Below are positions 59,301-64,000 of a stretch of DNA of 64,000 nt, one piece after another. Under the pieces are notes generated by a model. It was not told the origin of the DNA. It saw nothing but the letters and a program-made list of their open reading frames with translations, and did no database searches. The first letter of the stretch is position 1; the number at the start of each line of letters is the position of its first letter. Made by a program: the position numbers and the translations under genes. Source of the stretch: Guillardia theta CCMP2712 (Eukaryota > Protista > Cryptophyta); assembly GCF_000315625.1 (NCBI RefSeq), contig NW_005434639.1, forward strand, positions 257,511-321,510, in the 5' to 3' direction.

Positions 59301-62300
59301 GAGGCGGCTCGGGGCGGCGGGGGCTGGAGGCGTCGGCAGAGCACGCGGCGCAAGAGCAGGCGCTTGCGGAGGAGCGGCGGGGACGGGCAGAGCTAGAGGC
59401 AGCGCTACGGGCGCTGGAGGCGGAGAGGGACGGGCTGCGGGAGGCGCAGGAGGGGCTCGGGCGGGAGCTTGAGGCGGTGCAAGCCCGCTTGGCGAAGCAG
59501 TCCAAGGAGGCGGCGGAGTACGCGAGCTGCTGGAGCGGGAGCTTGAGGCGGCTCGGGCGGCGGGGCTGGAGGCGTCGGCAGAGTACGCGGCTCAGGAGGA
59601 CATTCTCTTGCGTAGGGCGCTGGAGGCTGAAGCTAGGCTAGATGCCGCGCGTCACTCCAGGGAGCAGGCCGAGGCTCGCTGGAGAGCCGAGCGAGAGGGC
59701 CTGTCAGCGACGGCCCGGCAAGAGGTCGGGGCTTTGCAGGAGGCGCAGCGGAAGGCCATGGAGGCCATCAAGGCACAGGCCGGGAAGCTGGAGGAGGAGA
59801 TCGGTACAGTAGAGGCGATGATGAGATCAGAGCAGAACAAGCGAAGGGATCTGGAGGGGTCGATCCGGGCGCTTGAGGCGGAGAGGGACGGGCTGCGGGA
59901 GGCGCAGGAGGGGCTCGGGCGGGAGCTTGAGGCGGTGCAAGCCCGCTTGGCGAAGCAGTCCAAGGAGGCGGCGGAGTACGCGGAGCTGCTGGAGCGGGAG
60001 CTTGAGGCGGCTCGGGCGGCGGGGCTGGAGGCGTCGGCAGAGTACGCGGCTCAAGAGGACATTCTCTCGCGTAGGGCGCTGGAGGCTGAAGCTAGGCTAG
60101 ATGCCGCGCGTCACTCCAGGGAGCAGACTGAGGCTCGCTGGAGAGCCGAGCGAGAGGGCCTGTCAGCGACGGCCCGGCAAGAGGTCGGGGCATTGCAGGA
60201 GGCGCAGCGGAAGGCCATGGAGGCGATCAAGGCACAGGCCGGGAAGCTGGAGGAGGAGATCGGTACAGTAGAGGCGATGATGCGATCAGAGCAGAACAAG
60301 CAAAGGGATCTGGAGGGGTCGATCCGGGCGCTGGAGGCGGAGAGGGACGGGCTGCGGGAGGCGCAGGAGGGGCTCGGGCGGGAGCTTGAGGACATGCGGA
60401 GGAAAGCAGAGGCGCAAGCTATGGAGGCGGCGGAGTACGCGGAGCTGCTGGAGCGGGAGCTTGAGGCGGCTCGGGCGGCGGGGCTGGAGGCGTCGGCAGA
60501 GTACGCGGCGCAAGAGCAGGCACTGCTACAGGAGAGGAGCGCACTTGAGGCGGAGAGGGACGGGCTGCGGGAGGCGCAGGAGGGGCTCGGGCGGGAGCTT
60601 GAGGACATGCGGAGGAAAGCAGAGGCGCAAGCTATGGAGGCGGCGGAGTACGCGGAGCTGCTGGAGCGGGAGCTTGAGGCGGCTCGGGCGGCGGGGCTGG
60701 AGGCGTCGGCAGAGTACGCGGCGCAAGAGCAGGCACTGCTACAGGAGAGGAGCGCACTTGGGACAGAGAGGGACGGGCTGCGGGAGGCGCAGGAGGGGCT
60801 CGGGCGGGAGCTTGAGGACACGCGGTGCCAAGAAGATGGACATGTGATGGGGCAAGCAGATGTACGTGTGTTAGATCGAGTAAGGCTTGGGGCGGGGTTG
60901 AAGGCTTCGCGGGCGTTGTATTCGGAGGTTGGGCAGAAGCTGGAGGAGAATAGGATGGTGTGTGAGAGACGGAATCTTGTAGATGTTCATGGCTTTTTTT
61001 CGGATGCTTCCTTACTTGGAACATTTCATGATTTCGTCAGCATAACAAGAATTATTTCCTCTGAGATGATTGAATTTAAGGTCTGCATGAATGACTTGAG
61101 TAGATCTTTTGAGGATTTGAGGAGCAAACTTCGTTCCCAAACCCAAGAATCAGAGGAATATGCTTCGTTCTTGGAGGCTCAGTTGGAAGATAGTCAGACA
61201 GAAGCTGCAAGTTTGTTTCAGGAATTGGAAGAACTTCGACTGGCGTTTGAAAATGAATCTACTGTCAAAGAGCAGGAGATTCAACACCTTCAAGGGATTA
61301 TACAACAGCGAGACGCCACCATCAGATCAAAGGAATCAATAATTTGTTCAGTGCAGTCCCAGAAAGACTCATTAGAAATGAGATTCAAAACGCAAAATAC
61401 TCAGGGCATGCGTGGCTCATCAAATTTCGGTGTTCAGGACATTGAAATCCAAGATGGACATGCAAATAGCAGAGATCTTCATGATCAGATTGCAACCTTG
61501 AAGCAGGCTCTCGAATATTCTGACCGCAGCAACAATATATTCATGAAAGAGATAGAAAATTACCAGAGACAATTATCAGAAATGAAATCAGATATTGAAG
61601 AAAACCTCAGCAAGATAAAAGAATCGGAAAGGGATGCTGAAGAAGCAAGAGAAACCACAATTGCTGCTCTACAAGCGAAATCTTTCGCTCAGCACGCTCT
61701 TGATGTGGCCATTCGTGAGAATAATTATTTTCGAAGCAAATCAGGAAACACATTTTCGAAGGTACTTCAAAAATGTTACGCCATGAAAGCATATGCACAA
61801 GAAGCTTTGGAAATTTTGAAATGCCCTGATCAATTGGATCTTATCAATATTTTTGAACAGGTAGATGATTCGTACTTCGCAGAAACTTTGATAATGGATA
61901 TTCCACATCTTGCTCATGACTTAGCAGAAACCTCCGAAAACTTGGATTTCGAAGAAATAGAGGCAGTAAAGGGCACCAAATCAAATTCTCGAACAGCATC
62001 AGAGATCTCTGAAACTCATAATTACGGTGAATGTCTATCTCAAGCACTTGGAGTTATCGAAAATGTGGAACATGTCCAGGAATTCTTAGAAGAAGGATCA
62101 AAACCTGGAACAACGGTTGAAGGTCAAACCCCTTTGATGATTCAAAGCAAAGAGATATCCGACAACATCATCGAAATAAAGCAATCAAGAGAATATGAGA
62201 TTTCAACAGATCTTTCCGAATCCAGAAACTGCAGACATATTTTGACTCAAATTTGGATCTTCGCTCTGGTTACTTTGTCCACTCTTGTACTCTTTTTGAA

Positions 62301-62781
62301 TTTCGACTACATGCATTACAACAGACATTTTACTCAGAATCATTGCGTTCCTGCTCATAAAAGAGTTGTATCCATTCGAGCTCCTTCTAGATCAAGACGT
62401 GACGATTCCATAATGAAAGAGTGCATCGCGAACATGAGCCAGAGTTCGAAAATGAACCAAATCTCAATTGGTCGGATTGAAAACTTAGAATTTCGTCTCG
62501 ACTATGCTCATTTAGAATTGCAGGAATGCAAAACTGTAATTCGGTCATTAAGGGCATCCCTTCAGCTCCAATCGCAATGTACTGCAACCCACAACATAAC
62601 AAGTCATGAAAATTCCATTCATCAGAGTGATAGGAGCTATGCAGGCAACATCACAAACTTGACTGTAACATCAAATAGCTCGAAGAGCAGTTTCCATGAC
62701 AAATCTGAGGACGATATCGCTGTCACGGCAGCAAGAAGAAGGAAACGCGAAGCAGCAGTCCGATGGAGATTATTCTTATAA
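56330..62781 (+). CDS. Giant protein: double zinc ribbon - highly repetitive coiled coil - single TM - C-terminal domain (apparent frameshifts and a gap in the repeat; start uncertain)
   Basis: Small 5' exons give CHSC, CKHC, CPAC and CQIC; E/A/L/R-rich repeats; TM ILTQIWIFALVTLSTLVLFLNF near 62240-62300; TAA at 62779-62781. Confidence 0.7.
57265..60820 (+). repeat. GC-rich coding tandem repeat array with 243-bp (81 aa), 459-bp (153 aa) and 213-bp (71 aa) units
   Basis: Identical anchors at 57265/57508, 59591/60050 and 60391/60604. Confidence 0.92.
58525..58781. other. Assembly gap
   Basis: N run. Confidence 1.
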
Positions 62782-62876
62782 TTTCATTTTGAACGGGCTC
62801 GTGCGGTGATGACCATTAGTTCGTCTCGGAGCCACCTGGTTGGGCATTGAGCTCTTTTTCCTACAAACTAGTGCAT

Positions 62877-64000
62877 TTACTTACGGTACGAATGTGAGTG
62901 CTTGTGATGCACGTAACTCTTGTTCTGCTTCAAACTGAACACGAACGTTGTCGAACAAAGGCTTGGAAAGCTCAGATTAGCAAACGGAATAGGTAGCCAT
63001 GCTGCACCTTGATTTCTTGGCACTTCAGATCTATCAAAACCTCTTGTAAAGGATGCCTTGTCATCAGCCATCGGTCTTCTGAAACACTGCAATCCTTCAA
63101 CAATCATTCGACATTGGAATGAAATACCTGCATATGAAAGTTGACGTGGTTCGCAAACCGTAAGTCTTTCGAAACTGCGCCTTCAGTTTCTGTAACTGTT
63201 CATCGCACATAAACTGAAGGATTGAAAAGATGCGTGTTCTGATTGCTTACGATCTCTCCAATCGTGCTGGAACCATATTCTTTGCGGTCCTTGTATGGCC
63301 ATTCGTGATACTGGTTCTGAATGTCACATAAAATAATTTGTAAGATGTACTCAATTACCCTAGACATTCTCCATTTCGCGATAATTTCGATGTACTGTCG
63401 AACAGAAATCTTCTGCAAGGACGGTGTCAATCCAACACATTAGAGTCACCACGTTTCGTCTGTTTACTGACTCCTTCATTGATGAGCTTGTCATCGGGAA
63501 CAGTCTTGGATTTCTGCATTTCAGGATTCAACAATTCAACCATCCAGAAGGTTATTGAGTTTTGGGTCTACATCCTTTTTCTTCTTTTGGAGATTGACTG
63601 CCATCTATCCAAAAAAGTCAAATTGAAACCAGCAGCACAAAGAATGTCAAAGATAAAGATAACATTCACCTTCGATCGCTCCAGATCTTGCTGGAGCGCA
63701 ACTGTTGACTCGAATTCCTTCATCAGCTCATCTCTCTTGTTTGAATTACGGCTCTATAGCATCAAGACTAAGATTACAGCTTTCCAGTCCGAAGGGGAAA
63801 TGATCTTGCACGTGAAGAGGTGCTCTGAAAATGCTCTCTTGTCTACTACCGCATCATCTAGCGAGGTTTCAATGTACGTCTTGAGCTGAACAACCGATTC
63901 AGATCAAGATACTGGACGTCGTCAATGAGACCTCTGCACCACTCTTATCTTGATTCTTAACTCGTTCACACGTCTCCGGCCAGCTGAGGATCACTTTCCC
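62877..64000 (-). CDS. Hypothetical multi-exon protein, 5'-partial
   Basis: Series of short open segments bounded by GT/AG (e.g. KRDELMKEFESTVALQQDLERSK; NQYHEWPYKDRKEYGSSTIGEI); no recognisable family. Confidence 0.45.

Noticed and set aside
57111-61024. Long antisense ORFs (S/A/R/P-rich) over the coiled-coil array
   Set aside because: Shadow ORFs of a GC-rich repeat.

Overview
Eukaryotic, intron-rich nuclear DNA with mostly ~50-100 nt GT-AG introns, many GAG/CCT/CAG microsatellites and four assembly gaps. An Lhcr-type antenna gene with an ASAFAP bipartite leader, several signal-plus-transit presequences and the general intron and intergenic style point to an alga with a red-lineage secondary plastid, most likely a cryptophyte (Guillardia/Hanusia-like; inference). 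About 20 protein genes were reconstructed by eye across introns. Recognisable families: a GT49+GT-D glycosyltransferase fragment, DUF2237, a cyclophilin, an LHC, COA5/PET191 (absent from the ORF track), a P5A-ATPase, a stand-alone LolD/MacB-like ABC ATPase, ARP5 and an ankyrin protein. Unusual architectures: a plastid-type methyltransferase-riboflavin kinase fusion, a plastid-type EF-hand/RRM/KH protein, a giant PH-PDZ-RAP-RAP-WW protein, a presequence-bearing Nas2_N-only protein, a secreted RCC1-repeat protein, a GAF/coiled-coil protein and a giant repetitive coiled-coil membrane protein. Probable pseudoenzymes: a CDC14-like phosphatase and an alpha-carbonic anhydrase lacking two Zn ligands. 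No rRNA, tRNA, CRISPR or convincing transposon was seen. Exon boundaries are manual and approximate, and family assignments rest on remembered motifs, not database searches.
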